Notes: generated from the letters alone by a model not told the origin. 64,000 nucleotides of DNA from a bacterium (GCA_021815445.1 JAKAGM010000001.1:3447-67446); one strand, 5' to 3'. Counted from the first letter of the stretch, positions 19,177-29,253 are shown. Program-made: numbers and translations.

Positions 19177-20442
19177 ATGGACACAAAACCTCAAGTGCAT
19201 TCAAAACCCCCGGAAATGTCTCTCAGCAAGAATCTGTTTGTAGTGGCGATAATCACCAGTCTCGTTATCGGCGGACTTTCAGGAGGTATTTTTGGCGTTG
19301 TGGCAACACAAAATCCCCAGTTTACCTCATGGATCCAAAAAAATGTCTTAAACTCTTCCCGGGCCTCTTCGACAGCAAATCTCACGGGCACCGGCAGCAC
19401 GCTCCAAGTCCAAGAGGATTCGGCCACTGTCGACGTGGTCAAACAGGCGACGCCGGCTGTCGTGAGCATCGTTGTCAAGCAGGACTTGAGCAAGCTCAAT
19501 AATAACAATACGTTCCCTTTTTTCAATTCGCCTTTCCAATTTAACGTTCCCCAAGGAGAACAGCAGATCGGCGCGGGAACCGGCTTTATCATCACCTCCG
19601 ACGGGCTTATCCTTACCAATAAGCACGTCGTTTCAGCCGGGCAAGACACCACGGGCAGCGCGACGCAATACACGGTCATCATGAATGACGGCAAGCAGTA
19701 TGACGCGACAGTCGTCGATACCGACCCGGTGAACGATTTTGCGCTGATTCGAATCAAGGCCACGGGGCTCCCCAAGCTTGACCTGGGAGATTCCGATACC
19801 GTCCGGGTAGGGCAGACGGTCATAGCCATCGGCAATGCCCTGGGACAATTCAGCAACACGGTGACGAAAGGGGTGATCTCGGGACTGTCCCGGACTATCA
19901 CGGCAGGAGACAGCCAAAACACGTCCGAAAGGCTGGAAAATATCTTTCAGACTGACGCGGCAATAAACTTCGGCAATTCGGGCGGACCGCTTCTCAACCT
20001 GGCCGGCCAGGTCGTCGGTCTCAACACGGCCATCAGCCAGCAAGGCCAGCTCATCGGATTCGCTATCCCTATTAACCAGGCAAAGACCGTTATCGCGAGC
20101 GTGCAAAAGTACGGCAAAATCGTGCGTCCGTACATGGGCGTCAGGTATGTGCAGGTGGATGATGCCGTAGCCGCTGAAAACAAATTAAGTGTCAACTACG
20201 GGGCGCTCCTGCTCAAGGGAAGCTCGGCAAATGAACCAGCGGTGATAGCAGGCAGCCCGGCGGACAAAGCCGGACTCGTGGAGAATGACATTATTCTCGA
20301 GTTTAACGGGAAGAAAATTACCGCTGATAACTCACTTGCGAGCGCCATCCAGAAGCTCAATCCAGGGGATACCGTCCAGCTCAAAGTTCTGCGCCAGGGA
20401 AAAGAAAAAAATATTTCGGTGACTCTCGAGGAGTTTAAATAA
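19177..20442 (+). CDS. htrA: HtrA/DegP-family serine protease with C-terminal PDZ domain
   Basis: TM anchor; catalytic GNSGGPLLN; trypsin-like fold followed by a PDZ region. Confidence 0.8.
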   Translation: MDTKPQVHSKPPEMSLSKNLFVVAIITSLVIGGLSGGIFGVVATQNPQFTSWIQKNVLNSSRASSTANLTGTGSTLQVQEDSATVDVVKQATPAVVSIVVKQDLSKLNNNNTFPFFNSPFQFNVPQGEQQIGAGTGFIITSDGLILTNKHVVSAGQDTTGSATQYTVIMNDGKQYDATVVDTDPVNDFALIRIKATGLPKLDLGDSDTVRVGQTVIAIGNALGQFSNTVTKGVISGLSRTITAGDSQNTSERLENIFQTDAAINFGNSGGPLLNLAGQVVGLNTAISQQGQLIGFAIPINQAKTVIASVQKYGKIVRPYMGVRYVQVDDAVAAENKLSVNYGALLLKGSSANEPAVIAGSPADKAGLVENDIILEFNGKKITADNSLASAIQKLNPGDTVQLKVLRQGKEKNISVTLEEFK

Positions 20443-20455
20443 TAACAAGAACGTT

Positions 20456-20938
20456 ATGAATATACGGGCAGAGGAAGAACTCGGAAAAACGCATTCCATG
20501 CACGAAGGGCAGGGAGATCAGGGTGCTGATACAGAGCACCAGGATTCCGAGGACGGGCATGAGGAAGAAACGAAACTTTCATGGGGTGAGCTTCATGATG
20601 CGCTCGAGGAGACATGGAAGATCGCGCAGGGCCTTACGGAGGACGAAGCTACCGGTTCAAAAGCGGCTGCAAAGCTCGGACAGCGTCTCCGGATGAAAAG
20701 CCAGGCGCTTTTTGATGTGTTAGAGGGGACATTGGAACTCGCAGGTCTCGACCATACGCGTGTGAGAGAAGCTATGGAGGATCTCGTATCGTTGGCTCGA
20801 AATCACCAAAAGGAATTCTTTGTCCATGGTCTCACGGACTCATCTGCGGCAAGCGGAGAACTGTTAAAAATCCACAACCAGTTCAAAAAAGGGCTTGGCA
20901 GCAAGGCAGAATTGGAAGAGCACCGGAAGGCCGCATAA
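20456..20938 (+). CDS. hypothetical acidic protein
   Basis: 160-aa ORF, His/Asp/Glu-rich N-terminus, no recognisable domain. Confidence 0.45.
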   Translation: MNIRAEEELGKTHSMHEGQGDQGADTEHQDSEDGHEEETKLSWGELHDALEETWKIAQGLTEDEATGSKAAAKLGQRLRMKSQALFDVLEGTLELAGLDHTRVREAMEDLVSLARNHQKEFFVHGLTDSSAASGELLKIHNQFKKGLGSKAELEEHRKAA

Positions 20939-20957
20939 GAGAACAACTATTTAGGAA

Positions 20958-20998
20958 TAAAAAAACGGGGGCACAACTGTGTGTCCCCGGGGTATTTC
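20958..20998. terminator. bidirectional rho-independent terminator between convergent genes
   Basis: GC-rich hairpin CGGGGGCACA...TGTGTCCCCGG flanked by an A-run on the left and a T-rich stretch on the right; sits between the 20456 gene and glnA. Confidence 0.55.
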
Positions 20999-21007
20999 GG
21001 TGCTTCT

Positions 21008-22357
21008 TTAGAGCAACGACAGGCACTGGTCGAGCTCATAATTCGTCACCGCTGTGCGGTAGCCGTCCCACTCGTGGCGTTTATTGTCAACCAGCGAGCC
21101 ATGAATGTGCGGGCCAAGCGTCTCCTGCATCAACGTGCTTGCCTCGAAGAGATCCGTTGCTTCGGCCAGACTGCCCGGAAGCGATCCGATGCCATGCTCT
21201 TTCAGCTCCGCTGTAGTCATTTCGAAGATGTTCTGTTCGATGGGCTCCGGCAGCTTATAACCTTTGTCGATTCCATCAAGTCCAGCGGCGAGCATGCAGG
21301 CGAAGGCGAGGTACGGGTTGCACGCCGGGTCGGCTGAACGAAGCTCGATGCGCGTGGCTTTTTCTTTCCCGACACGGTACATCGGCACGCGGACGAGCGA
21401 CGAACGATTTCTGCGTCCCCACGAGATGTAGACGGGCGCCTCATATCCTGCCACAAGGCGCTTATACGAATTCACCCACTGGTTGAGCACAAGCGTCATT
21501 TCGCGGACATGGGTGAGAATCCCGGCCATGAAAGAGCGCGCCAGTGCGGAGAGATTGTAGGGATCATCGGGATCGAAGAAGGCATTCTTGTCGCCTTTGA
21601 AGAGCGACATATGCGTGTGCATCCCGGAGCCGTTCTGGCCGAAGATCGGTTTGGGGATGAAGCTTGCATACGCACCTGCTTCAAGCGCGAGCTCTTTCAC
21701 CACAAACCTGTAGAGCATCGCGAAGTCAGCCATTGTTGATGCCTCCTGATATCGGAGGTCGATCTCGTGCTGGGAAGGGGCGACTTCATGATGAGAACAC
21801 TCGACCGGAATGCCGATTGCCTCCAGAGAAACCACGGCTTTTTTGCGCAGTCTGGTGCCCTCGTCCACTGTCGAGTAATCGAAGTACCCGCCACTGTCGA
21901 GGGGCGTGGTCCCGTGAGCGTCGCGAAAATAGAAGTACTCGATTTCCGGACCGCAATTGAATTTGTAGCCGCGGTCCGAGGCCTTCTTCAGGACACGCCT
22001 CAGAACCTGGCGAGGATCGCCATGGTAAGGAGTGCCGTCGGGATTGCAGATATCGCAGAACATCAAGGCGATCTTTTCCCCGCCGATTTCCCAGGGGATA
22101 ATCCGAAACGAGTGGAGGTCGGGCATTGCCATCAAGTCAGATTCTTCGATGCGGACAAACCCCTCGACGGAAGAGCCGTCAAAACCCTGTCCCTCTTCCA
22201 GAACTGTCTCCATTTCACTGCGAGTGATCGACATTCCCTTCATCTGGCCGAGAATGTCAGTGAACAGAAGGCGCACGTACCTAATCTTGTTCGTGTCGAG
22301 CGCATCGCGCGCCTGCTGCGAGTTGGTCACTTCGCGTTGTTGTGTACCCTGTTCCAT
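21008..22357 (-). CDS. glnA: glutamine synthetase type I
   Basis: 449 aa; GS beta-grasp and catalytic-domain motifs (DGSS, NPY, HxHxSL-like regions). Confidence 0.85.
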   Translation of the reverse strand: MEQGTQQREVTNSQQARDALDTNKIRYVRLLFTDILGQMKGMSITRSEMETVLEEGQGFDGSSVEGFVRIEESDLMAMPDLHSFRIIPWEIGGEKIALMFCDICNPDGTPYHGDPRQVLRRVLKKASDRGYKFNCGPEIEYFYFRDAHGTTPLDSGGYFDYSTVDEGTRLRKKAVVSLEAIGIPVECSHHEVAPSQHEIDLRYQEASTMADFAMLYRFVVKELALEAGAYASFIPKPIFGQNGSGMHTHMSLFKGDKNAFFDPDDPYNLSALARSFMAGILTHVREMTLVLNQWVNSYKRLVAGYEAPVYISWGRRNRSSLVRVPMYRVGKEKATRIELRSADPACNPYLAFACMLAAGLDGIDKGYKLPEPIEQNIFEMTTAELKEHGIGSLPGSLAEATDLFEASTLMQETLGPHIHGSLVDNKRHEWDGYRTAVTNYELDQCLSLL

Positions 22358-22626
22358 ACGAGCTCCTTTGGGTTAGCGGTTGGTTGCCTATATTGACAAT
22401 GATCCATTTTTCCTCGGAAAACGCGAAAACTCTCCGGTTTGAGCTTCCTTTTTTTACCCCTCCGACTCCGGGAAAAAAGGAAAAAACTCCGTTTGGAGAG
22501 TTTTTTTTATTCTACTTTGAATTGTAGATATAGAGAGTGTAGCAAGATTTTACCAGAGGGTAAAAGAGGGTTATCCACAGGCTCTTATTGCGTAGACAGG
22601 GAAAGCTCATGCCTCCGGCAGGGCTT

Positions 22627-22682
22627 ACTTTTTGTGACCAAAAAGTAGGCAAAAAGTCTCGGGGTTTTCGATTCGCGAGAAA
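22627..22682. repeat. conserved intergenic motif copy A (TTTTTGTGACCAAAAAG...TCTCGGGGTTTTCGATTCGCGAGA)
   Basis: shares two blocks (about 21/24 identities in the second block) with 23973..24019. Confidence 0.5.
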
Positions 22683-22810
22683 GTCAGATCCTTTTTCTAT
22701 CTCGGATTGGCTCAGCGAAAACCCCGAACCCCATATGTAGGAGTAGTATGGCGGGGTTTACCCCAAGGGCAGCGCTTGTTTGTTCGTCTTTTTTACTATA
22801 CACTTCCCCC

Positions 22811-23909
22811 ATGAACGAGATTATTGGGCAACTCAAAGAGCTTCAAAACAAAATCGCCCAGACCTGGGGGTTTCTTTGACCTGGACCAGACGCGGCAAAA
22901 AATCGGCGAACTGGAAAGTGAAGTAAGCGAACCGGATTTTTGGAAGGACACGAAGCACGCCAAGGCGAAAAGCCAGGAGCTCGACGAGCTCAAGGAAGAA
23001 GTTTCGCGTTGGGAGGCAATCAAAAAAGACGTTGATGACCTTGTCGACCTATCTTCGCTGGCCCACAAAGAGCACGATGAGTCCATACGCGGCGATGTCG
23101 AGAAAAAGTTCGCCGAAGTGACTAAACGCTTCAGGGAGCTTGAGTTTTACATCATGTTTTCCCAGAAGTACGATAAACGGAACGCGATTCTCGCTATCCA
23201 CGCCGGCGCAGGCGGGACGGATTCTCAAGACTGGGTCGCTATGCTTCTTCGGATGTATCTGCGTTTCTGCGAACGCAAGGGGTGGGTGGTAAAAATAGTC
23301 GATGAATCGTTCGGACAGGAAGCGGGCATCAAGAGCGTCACCATGGAAATCCACGGCCGATGGGCGTACGGACATCTGCGTTCTGAAGCGGGTGTACACA
23401 GGCTGGTGCGCATTTCACCGTTCGACGCTGAGAAGATGCGCCACACCTCGTTCGCGCTCGTTGAAATCCTGCCGGAGCTTGAAGAGCTTGAGGAGGTCAA
23501 GATTGACGACAAAGATCTCCGCATAGACACTTTTATGTCGTCGGGGAAGGGCGGACAAAGTGTCAATACGACGTACTCGGCGGTGCGCATCGTCCATATC
23601 CCGACCGGCATCATGGTTTCGTGCCAGAATGAGCGCTCTCAGCTCCAAAACAAAGCAACAGCGATGAAAATCCTCAAAAGCAAGCTGTATAAAATTACTC
23701 TTGAGAAACAGCAGGAAGAAAAACAGCAGTTGCGCGGCGAGTACCAATCGGCCGAGTGGGGGAGCCAGATACGTTCGTACGTGCTCCAGCCCTACCAGAT
23801 GGTGAAAGACCACCGGACAAAATACGAGGAGAATAATCCGGACGAGGTATTGAACGGGAAGCTGGAAGGGTTCATCGAAAGCTACTTGCGCTGGAAGGTG
23901 AAGAAATAG
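22811..23909 (+). CDS. prfB: peptide chain release factor 2 with programmed +1 ribosomal frameshift
   Basis: frame 0 is ATG 22811...GGG GGT TTC TTT TGA (stop 22877-22879) with an SD-like GGGGG upstream; the +1 frame from 22878 continues as DLDQTRQKIGELE...; SPF and GGQ motifs present. Confidence 0.85.
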
Positions 23910-23972
23910 CGGCAACACAAAAGCATCGGTTATTCAAAAAAACAACGACATTGCTTTGTCTTCGGCGGAGCG

Positions 23973-24019
23973 CTTTTTTGTGACTGAAAAAATCTCGGGG
24001 TTTGCGATGTGCGAGACGG
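23973..24019. repeat. conserved intergenic motif copy B
   Basis: CTTTTTTGTGACTGAAAAAATCTCGGGGTTTGCGATGTGCGAGA; see copy A. Confidence 0.5.
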
Positions 24020-24042
24020 ATCGAGGTTTGGGAATTAGAGTA

Positions 24043-24072
24043 GTGTATCAGTGTGTTAACACATTGATACAT
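24043..24072. promoter_or_regulatory. 30-bp palindromic site 1 (GTGTATCAGTGTGTTAACACATTGATACAT)
   Basis: 13 of 15 symmetric positions; core GTGTTAACAC; one of four copies in the window. Confidence 0.5.
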
Positions 24073-24239
24073 ACATAAAACTGTTTTTATAATGCATTGA
24101 CACTTGTGTGGGCGACTGCTACCATTGTCTAACCCTTTCGTACATTCGACATTCAAAAACATAACTACCAATAACAGTGCAGCCCTTTATATGTAGGCAA
24201 CACAAATTCTTAGTCCACGTTCTGAAGAAGGAGGATCAC

Positions 24240-24611
24240 ATGTCTAGAAAAGCGAAGTTCTGGATAACCTTAGTGCTTGGTCTCATCTACACCCTGTTTG
24301 GGTGGATGATGACCCATCATTTGCTGGCGGTCATCCTGACCTACGGCGCGCAGTCGGTGATTGCTGCGATCATCGCCGCGTCGTGCAACGAGCGCAATCA
24401 GCGTATCGGCGGCTGGTGGACGTTTGCCCAGGGTATGGCTTTCTGTGTCGTCGGCGGTTTCATCACTGGATTGCTCTACGTCTGGATCGCCTGCGGTCTC
24501 GCGGCAGTTGTCTACGGCGCTGGGATCGGAGGGATCAAGCTGGAAGAAGAGTTTCAGGAGAATCCTTCGATTCCAAAAGCACAACTGGGCATATGTTCAG
24601 TGTGGTGCTGA
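24240..24611 (+). CDS. small polytopic membrane protein
   Basis: SD GAAGGAGGA 6 nt upstream of ATG 24240; three or four TM helices. Confidence 0.5.
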   Translation: MSRKAKFWITLVLGLIYTLFGWMMTHHLLAVILTYGAQSVIAAIIAASCNERNQRIGGWWTFAQGMAFCVVGGFITGLLYVWIACGLAAVVYGAGIGGIKLEEEFQENPSIPKAQLGICSVWC

Positions 24612-24634
24612 TGTGACCATCAGTATGTTTCTTT

Positions 24635-24661
24635 CGACCCGCTTATGAGTGGGTCTTTTTT
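24635..24661 (+). terminator. rho-independent terminator
   Basis: GACCCGC-ttatga-GTGGGTC followed by T8. Confidence 0.6.
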
Positions 24662-24733
24662 TATGTGCTTGCCCAGATGAACGTTTTGTGATAGAATACT
24701 CCTGTTAGCAACTTTATTCATCTTACCGCACTT

Positions 24734-26230
24734 ATGGGTCCGGCAAGAGCTTTTTTGTATATTCTCATCAGTTTTATCCTCGGGGTGGGGACTCGTTCTT
24801 TACTGCCTATCCCAACGGTTTTCGCTTTGACTGTCAGTGTGGTGGCGTTTTTGGGCATGATAATTGCGTTTCGTCACGCGACGGCGCGGTTCATATTTCT
24901 CTGCGCGCTTTTGTTTGCTCTCGGCATATTGCGCTTTAACATTTCAGAACCGCGCAATGATTCTACTGCCATTCGGTCGCTGAATAATAAGGGAACTGTG
25001 ACATTTATGGGTGTTGTTGTGCAGGAGCCTGATGTTAGGCAAGACAGCGTTAAGTTGACGGTCTCGGTGCGAAAGGTCCAACTCAAAAAACGTGATGCCG
25101 CCTACCGTGGCAAAGTTCTTGTAACAGCTCCGCTATATCCTGAGATTGCATATGGAGAGGCGCTTCTCATAACCTGTACGTTCAAATCTCCGGAGCCTGT
25201 CCAGGACTTTGCCTATGACCAGTACCTGAGCCGATTCGGCGTGTATTCTCTGTGTTCTTTCCCCCGCATCAAACGTGTCTCATCAGGGCAGGGGAATCCG
25301 ATCATGAACAGTATTCTCAACGTTAAGCGTTTATTCACCAACCGCATCCAAATGGCCGTACCTGAGCCGGAAGCGTCGTTTCTCGGGGGACTTGTGCTTG
25401 GTGCAAAACGCTCAATACCTCAAAAACTTATGGATGCATTCGCTCGGACAGGGACGACGCACGTCGTGGCGTTGTCAGGGTACAATATTACCATCATCGC
25501 AGTATGTATCCAGAATCTCTGCCGAGCTCTGCGAATTCCAAAGCGTAAAGGGTTCTGGGTGGCGCTTGGAGTGATTGCCATATTCATCCTTATGACCGGA
25601 GCTCAGGCATCAGTCGTGCGGGCGGGGATTATGGGTGGTCTTACTTTGCTTGCCAACCGCCTCGGCCGGCTTTCACGGATTACCAACGCGCTCGTACTTG
25701 CCGCATTTTGCATGTTGGCCATCAACCCGCGCATCCTTGCTTTTGACGCCGGCTTCCAGTTATCTTTTTTGTCCACTCTCGGGCTCGTGTACTGTTCGCC
25801 GCTCATAGAGAAATGGTTCGTTAAAGTTCCCGATGTCCTCGGGATGAGGTCGAGCCTTGTTGCCACTCTTTCGGCAATGATGTTCACGCTACCGCTGATT
25901 GTCGCGACTTTCGGGAGGATTTCGCTTATTGCGCCGCTTGTGAACGCGCTCATACTTCCGTTTGTCCCTCTTGCCATGGGTGTCGGATTTGCTACGGGTA
26001 TTGCGGCGTTTGTCTGGCTGCCGCTCGGGAAACTGTGCGGCTGGCTCGCCTGGCTGGTACTACGTTCAATACTTTTGGTTATCGAAACAGGATCATCACT
26101 GCCTTTCACATCATATTCGCTGTCACATATTCACTGGGCGTTGATTATTGCATGCTATGCCGGTATTATTTTTGTCCTTTGGAAAAATAAAAAAAGACCG
26201 CGGGGCGATATCGTGCGCCCTGCGGTATGA
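24734..26230 (+). CDS. comEC: ComEC/Rec2 DNA-uptake channel, membrane (DUF4131 plus competence) part only
   Basis: polytopic; HVVALSGYNITIIAV and GAQASVVRAGIMG competence-domain motifs; no beta-lactamase domain in this ORF. Confidence 0.7.
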   Translation: MGPARAFLYILISFILGVGTRSLLPIPTVFALTVSVVAFLGMIIAFRHATARFIFLCALLFALGILRFNISEPRNDSTAIRSLNNKGTVTFMGVVVQEPDVRQDSVKLTVSVRKVQLKKRDAAYRGKVLVTAPLYPEIAYGEALLITCTFKSPEPVQDFAYDQYLSRFGVYSLCSFPRIKRVSSGQGNPIMNSILNVKRLFTNRIQMAVPEPEASFLGGLVLGAKRSIPQKLMDAFARTGTTHVVALSGYNITIIAVCIQNLCRALRIPKRKGFWVALGVIAIFILMTGAQASVVRAGIMGGLTLLANRLGRLSRITNALVLAAFCMLAINPRILAFDAGFQLSFLSTLGLVYCSPLIEKWFVKVPDVLGMRSSLVATLSAMMFTLPLIVATFGRISLIAPLVNALILPFVPLAMGVGFATGIAAFVWLPLGKLCGWLAWLVLRSILLVIETGSSLPFTSYSLSHIHWALIIACYAGIIFVLWKNKKRPRGDIVRPAV

Positions 26231-26260
26231 ATTCCTTGATAAAACATTGACACTTGACTG

Positions 26261-27190
26261 TCAGGTTTTCTCGGCCCAGATGGCCTCGGCTTCCTCAAGA
26301 AGTTGGATTCCTTCATTCTCGGGGCGCTGGAAGATATTGCGTCCAATGATGCTTCCAAACCCTCCGCCATCTCTGATGGCACGGATTTCCGAGAGAACCG
26401 CGGCCTTGTCTTTTGCTTCGCCCCCCGAGAAGAGGACGATCCTCCGGCCGCCGAAAGCGGACTGTATAACGTGTTTGATACTGTCGACGAGCGCAGTATG
26501 AGGGATGTCCAGATCTTCGTAGAGTTTCGATCCCTCTTGCTTACCGGCGAAGTACAGACTTCCTCGCGGCGGCTTCACCTTGACGATGTGCGCCCCAAGC
26601 TGGCAGGCGATGTGCGCGGCGTAGGCGATCACATCCGTAGCCTCCTGTTTCGCCTTGGTGTCGAGGTTGCCGCCTCGCGGATACGACCATACGACGACGA
26701 CCAGCCCGGCTGCCTTGGCCTCTGCGGCGATCTCGCGAAGCTGCTCATACATTTCACGCGAACGCGGAGATCCGGGGTAGATCGTAAATCCCACGGCGCG
26801 ACAGCCCAGGCGCAGCGCATCTTGGACTGAAGCCGTTACGGCAGGGCACGGATCGCCGGTGGAGAGCAGGTCGCTGTTGTTGAGTTTGAGTATCAAGGGG
26901 ATTCCCCCTTTGAATTCTTCGAATCCGGCTTCCAGAGCACCGAGAGGAGCAGCGTGGGCGTTACACCCCGCCTCGATGGCAAGATGGAAATGGTATCTGG
27001 GGTCGTATCCTGCCGGGTTCTTTGCGAAACTGGCTCCCGGACCATGCTCAAAACCCTGGTCAACGGGCAGGATGACCAATTTGCCGGTGCCCGCCAGCCT
27101 GCCGTGGTTGAGAATCTGTGCAAGATTCGCCAGCACTTGCTTATTTTCTCCCCGGTACCACGAGAGAATTTTATCAACTGGTTCTGACAT
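26261..27190 (-). CDS. fba: fructose-bisphosphate aldolase class I, DhnA/FbaB (archaeal) type
   Basis: GRLAGTGKLVILPVDQGFEHGP...AIEAGCNA closely parallels E. coli FbaB; start at 27190 chosen for the strong SD AGGAGGAAG. Confidence 0.8.
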   Translation of the reverse strand: MSEPVDKILSWYRGENKQVLANLAQILNHGRLAGTGKLVILPVDQGFEHGPGASFAKNPAGYDPRYHFHLAIEAGCNAHAAPLGALEAGFEEFKGGIPLILKLNNSDLLSTGDPCPAVTASVQDALRLGCRAVGFTIYPGSPRSREMYEQLREIAAEAKAAGLVVVVWSYPRGGNLDTKAKQEATDVIAYAAHIACQLGAHIVKVKPPRGSLYFAGKQEGSKLYEDLDIPHTALVDSIKHVIQSAFGGRRIVLFSGGEAKDKAAVLSEIRAIRDGGGFGSIIGRNIFQRPENEGIQLLEEAEAIWAEKT

Positions 27191-27339
27191 ACTCTTCCTC
27201 CTGTTACGTGGTGGTTTTGGTGAGCGATGTTGTTTCATGTTATTGCGAGATCACTCTATCATGTACCGTCTTGAGCGTCAATATAAGAAAAACGACCGCG
27301 GATTAATGCGGTCGTGACGTATTCAGAGTGTGCCGAGGG

Positions 27340-28293
27340 TCAGCAGTTGTTCCTTCCAAACTGATGTTTGGTTTCCATGAAGCGGATAGTGCCTGAAGCC
27401 GAGCGTCCCATGATTGAGTAGGTCACGTCTCCGTGAGGAGTGGTGCGTACACCGCGGAGCAGATCGCCGTCAGTGACCCCGGTGGCAGCAAAGATCACAT
27501 CCTCACCGCTGGCCAATTCCTTTGCCGTGTAGATCCGATCGGGATCCGTGATGCCCATTTCACGCGCTCGTTCTTTCTGGGCATCATCTTTCCACTGGAG
27601 CTGGCCGAGTATCTCGCCGCCCATGCAGCGAAGCGCCGCGGCGGCAAGCACCCCTTCAGGCGCGGCACCGATACCCATGAGCACATCAACGGGACTGTCA
27701 GGGAGCGCTGTCGCTATAGCCCCTGCGACGTCGCCGTCCTGGATGAAGTGGATGCGGGCGCCCGTAGAGCGGATCTCAGCCACCAGATCGTTATGTCGAT
27801 CGCGCTTCAAGACGACCACTACCAGGTCGCGCATCGGTTTACCAAGGGCCTTGGAAATCCTCTGAAGGTTCCAGGTGGGGGACTCTCGCAGATTGATGAC
27901 TCCGCATGCTTTGGGCCCGACAGCAAGTTTCCGCATGTAGCCGTCGGGAGCATGGAGCAGAGTGCCGGGATTGCCTGCGGCTATCACGGACATTGCGTTC
28001 TCGCCGCCCTCGGCAGTCCGGTCCGTACACTCGAGAGGATCGACAGCGATGTCGAGCTCGAGGCCATGTCCGGATCCAACCTTCTCGTCGATGAAGAGCA
28101 TGGGAGCTTCATCACGCTCTCCCTCGCCGATGACGATAGTGCCTCGGATGTCGATGAAGTTAAATTCACTCCGCATGGCTTCGACAGCGGCACTATCAGC
28201 GGCATGTTTATCGCCCCGACCAATCCAACCCGCGGCGGCTCGTGCAGCCGCCTCGGTGACTCTGACAAATTCAAGTGCAATGTTTTTATCCAT
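27340..28293 (-). CDS. glpX: fructose-1,6-bisphosphatase class II (GlpX)
   Basis: MDKNIALEFVRVTEAAA...GEGERDEAPMLFIDEKVG GlpX signature; SD AGGAGG upstream of the ATG at 28293. Confidence 0.85.
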   Translation of the reverse strand: MDKNIALEFVRVTEAAARAAAGWIGRGDKHAADSAAVEAMRSEFNFIDIRGTIVIGEGERDEAPMLFIDEKVGSGHGLELDIAVDPLECTDRTAEGGENAMSVIAAGNPGTLLHAPDGYMRKLAVGPKACGVINLRESPTWNLQRISKALGKPMRDLVVVVLKRDRHNDLVAEIRSTGARIHFIQDGDVAGAIATALPDSPVDVLMGIGAAPEGVLAAAALRCMGGEILGQLQWKDDAQKERAREMGITDPDRIYTAKELASGEDVIFAATGVTDGDLLRGVRTTPHGDVTYSIMGRSASGTIRFMETKHQFGRNNC

Positions 28294-28394
28294 TCCTTTG
28301 CCTCCTGTTCTCGTGTTTGTAGGTTTGTTTTCCATAGTTCAGTCGTATTAAAATCATCTCATTTTTCGAAAGGTTTTGTCAACATCTGTAATGT

Positions 28395-29243
28395 ATGCGC
28401 TATATAAAAAAATACATTTACCTTGTGCCTATCGTCATACTGTTAATGCTCGCAGTAGGTTTTTTCGTATTTCGAGGCGACGGAATGCTCGTCGTCACCT
28501 TCCTCGATGTCGACCAAGGAGACAGTATCCTTATCCAAAGCCCTTCAAGCGCCACTGTCCTTATCGATTGCGGGCCGGACAGATCAGTGCTCTCGGAGCT
28601 CGGCCGCAGTGTGCCGTTTTATGACCGGACAATTGATCTTCTCGTCATCACGCATCCCGATGCCGACCATATCACCGGATGCATTGATGTCGTCGAGCGG
28701 TATCGCATTTCACGGGTGCTGATCACAGGCATTGCCTCAACAAGCAACCTGTGGTCAATTTTGGACGATGCCATAGAACGAAAACACATTCCCGCCACTG
28801 TAGCGCGGGCTGGTGAATCATTTATGTTTGATAGGGCTGTGCTGCGCGTCCTGTTTCCTCTTGAGGACGTTTCCGGCCAAACGTTTAAAAACACGAACGA
28901 CAGCTCGATAGTTGCGATGCTTGAGTATGGCGATGAAAGATTCCTTTTCACGGGCGATGCGAATGTCAGTGTTGAGCAGAAACTTCTCCAAGTGGGAACC
29001 AACGTGTCCGCCCAAGTGCTCAAAGTCGGGCATCACGGGAGCAGGACATCGTCATCACGGGAGTTTCTCGAAAAGGTGCATCCGGCTTATGCCGTCATCC
29101 AAGTAGGTGAGAAAAATAAATACGGACATCCGACTCAGGATGTTCTCGAAAGGTTGCGGCACATTGGAGCCAAAGTGTTGAGAACGGACAGAGACGGACG
29201 GTTAGAGATGAAGAGTGATGGAAGACAGGTGCGGGTTAAGTAG
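28395..29243 (+). CDS. ComEC-associated metallo-beta-lactamase-fold domain protein (C-terminal ComEC module as a separate gene)
   Basis: TM helix then VTFLDVDQGDSILIQ...LVITHPDADHITG...HHGSRTSSS MBL motifs typical of the ComEC C-terminal domain. Confidence 0.7.
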   Translation: MRYIKKYIYLVPIVILLMLAVGFFVFRGDGMLVVTFLDVDQGDSILIQSPSSATVLIDCGPDRSVLSELGRSVPFYDRTIDLLVITHPDADHITGCIDVVERYRISRVLITGIASTSNLWSILDDAIERKHIPATVARAGESFMFDRAVLRVLFPLEDVSGQTFKNTNDSSIVAMLEYGDERFLFTGDANVSVEQKLLQVGTNVSAQVLKVGHHGSRTSSSREFLEKVHPAYAVIQVGEKNKYGHPTQDVLERLRHIGAKVLRTDRDGRLEMKSDGRQVRVK

Positions 29244-29253
29244 ACTCTGAACT

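Noticed and set aside
26148-26501. Short ORFs overlapping gene ends (e.g. 26148..26501 +, 21217..21456 -, 54067..54468 -)
   Set aside because: They are out-of-frame overlaps with strongly supported genes and have no SD or domain evidence.
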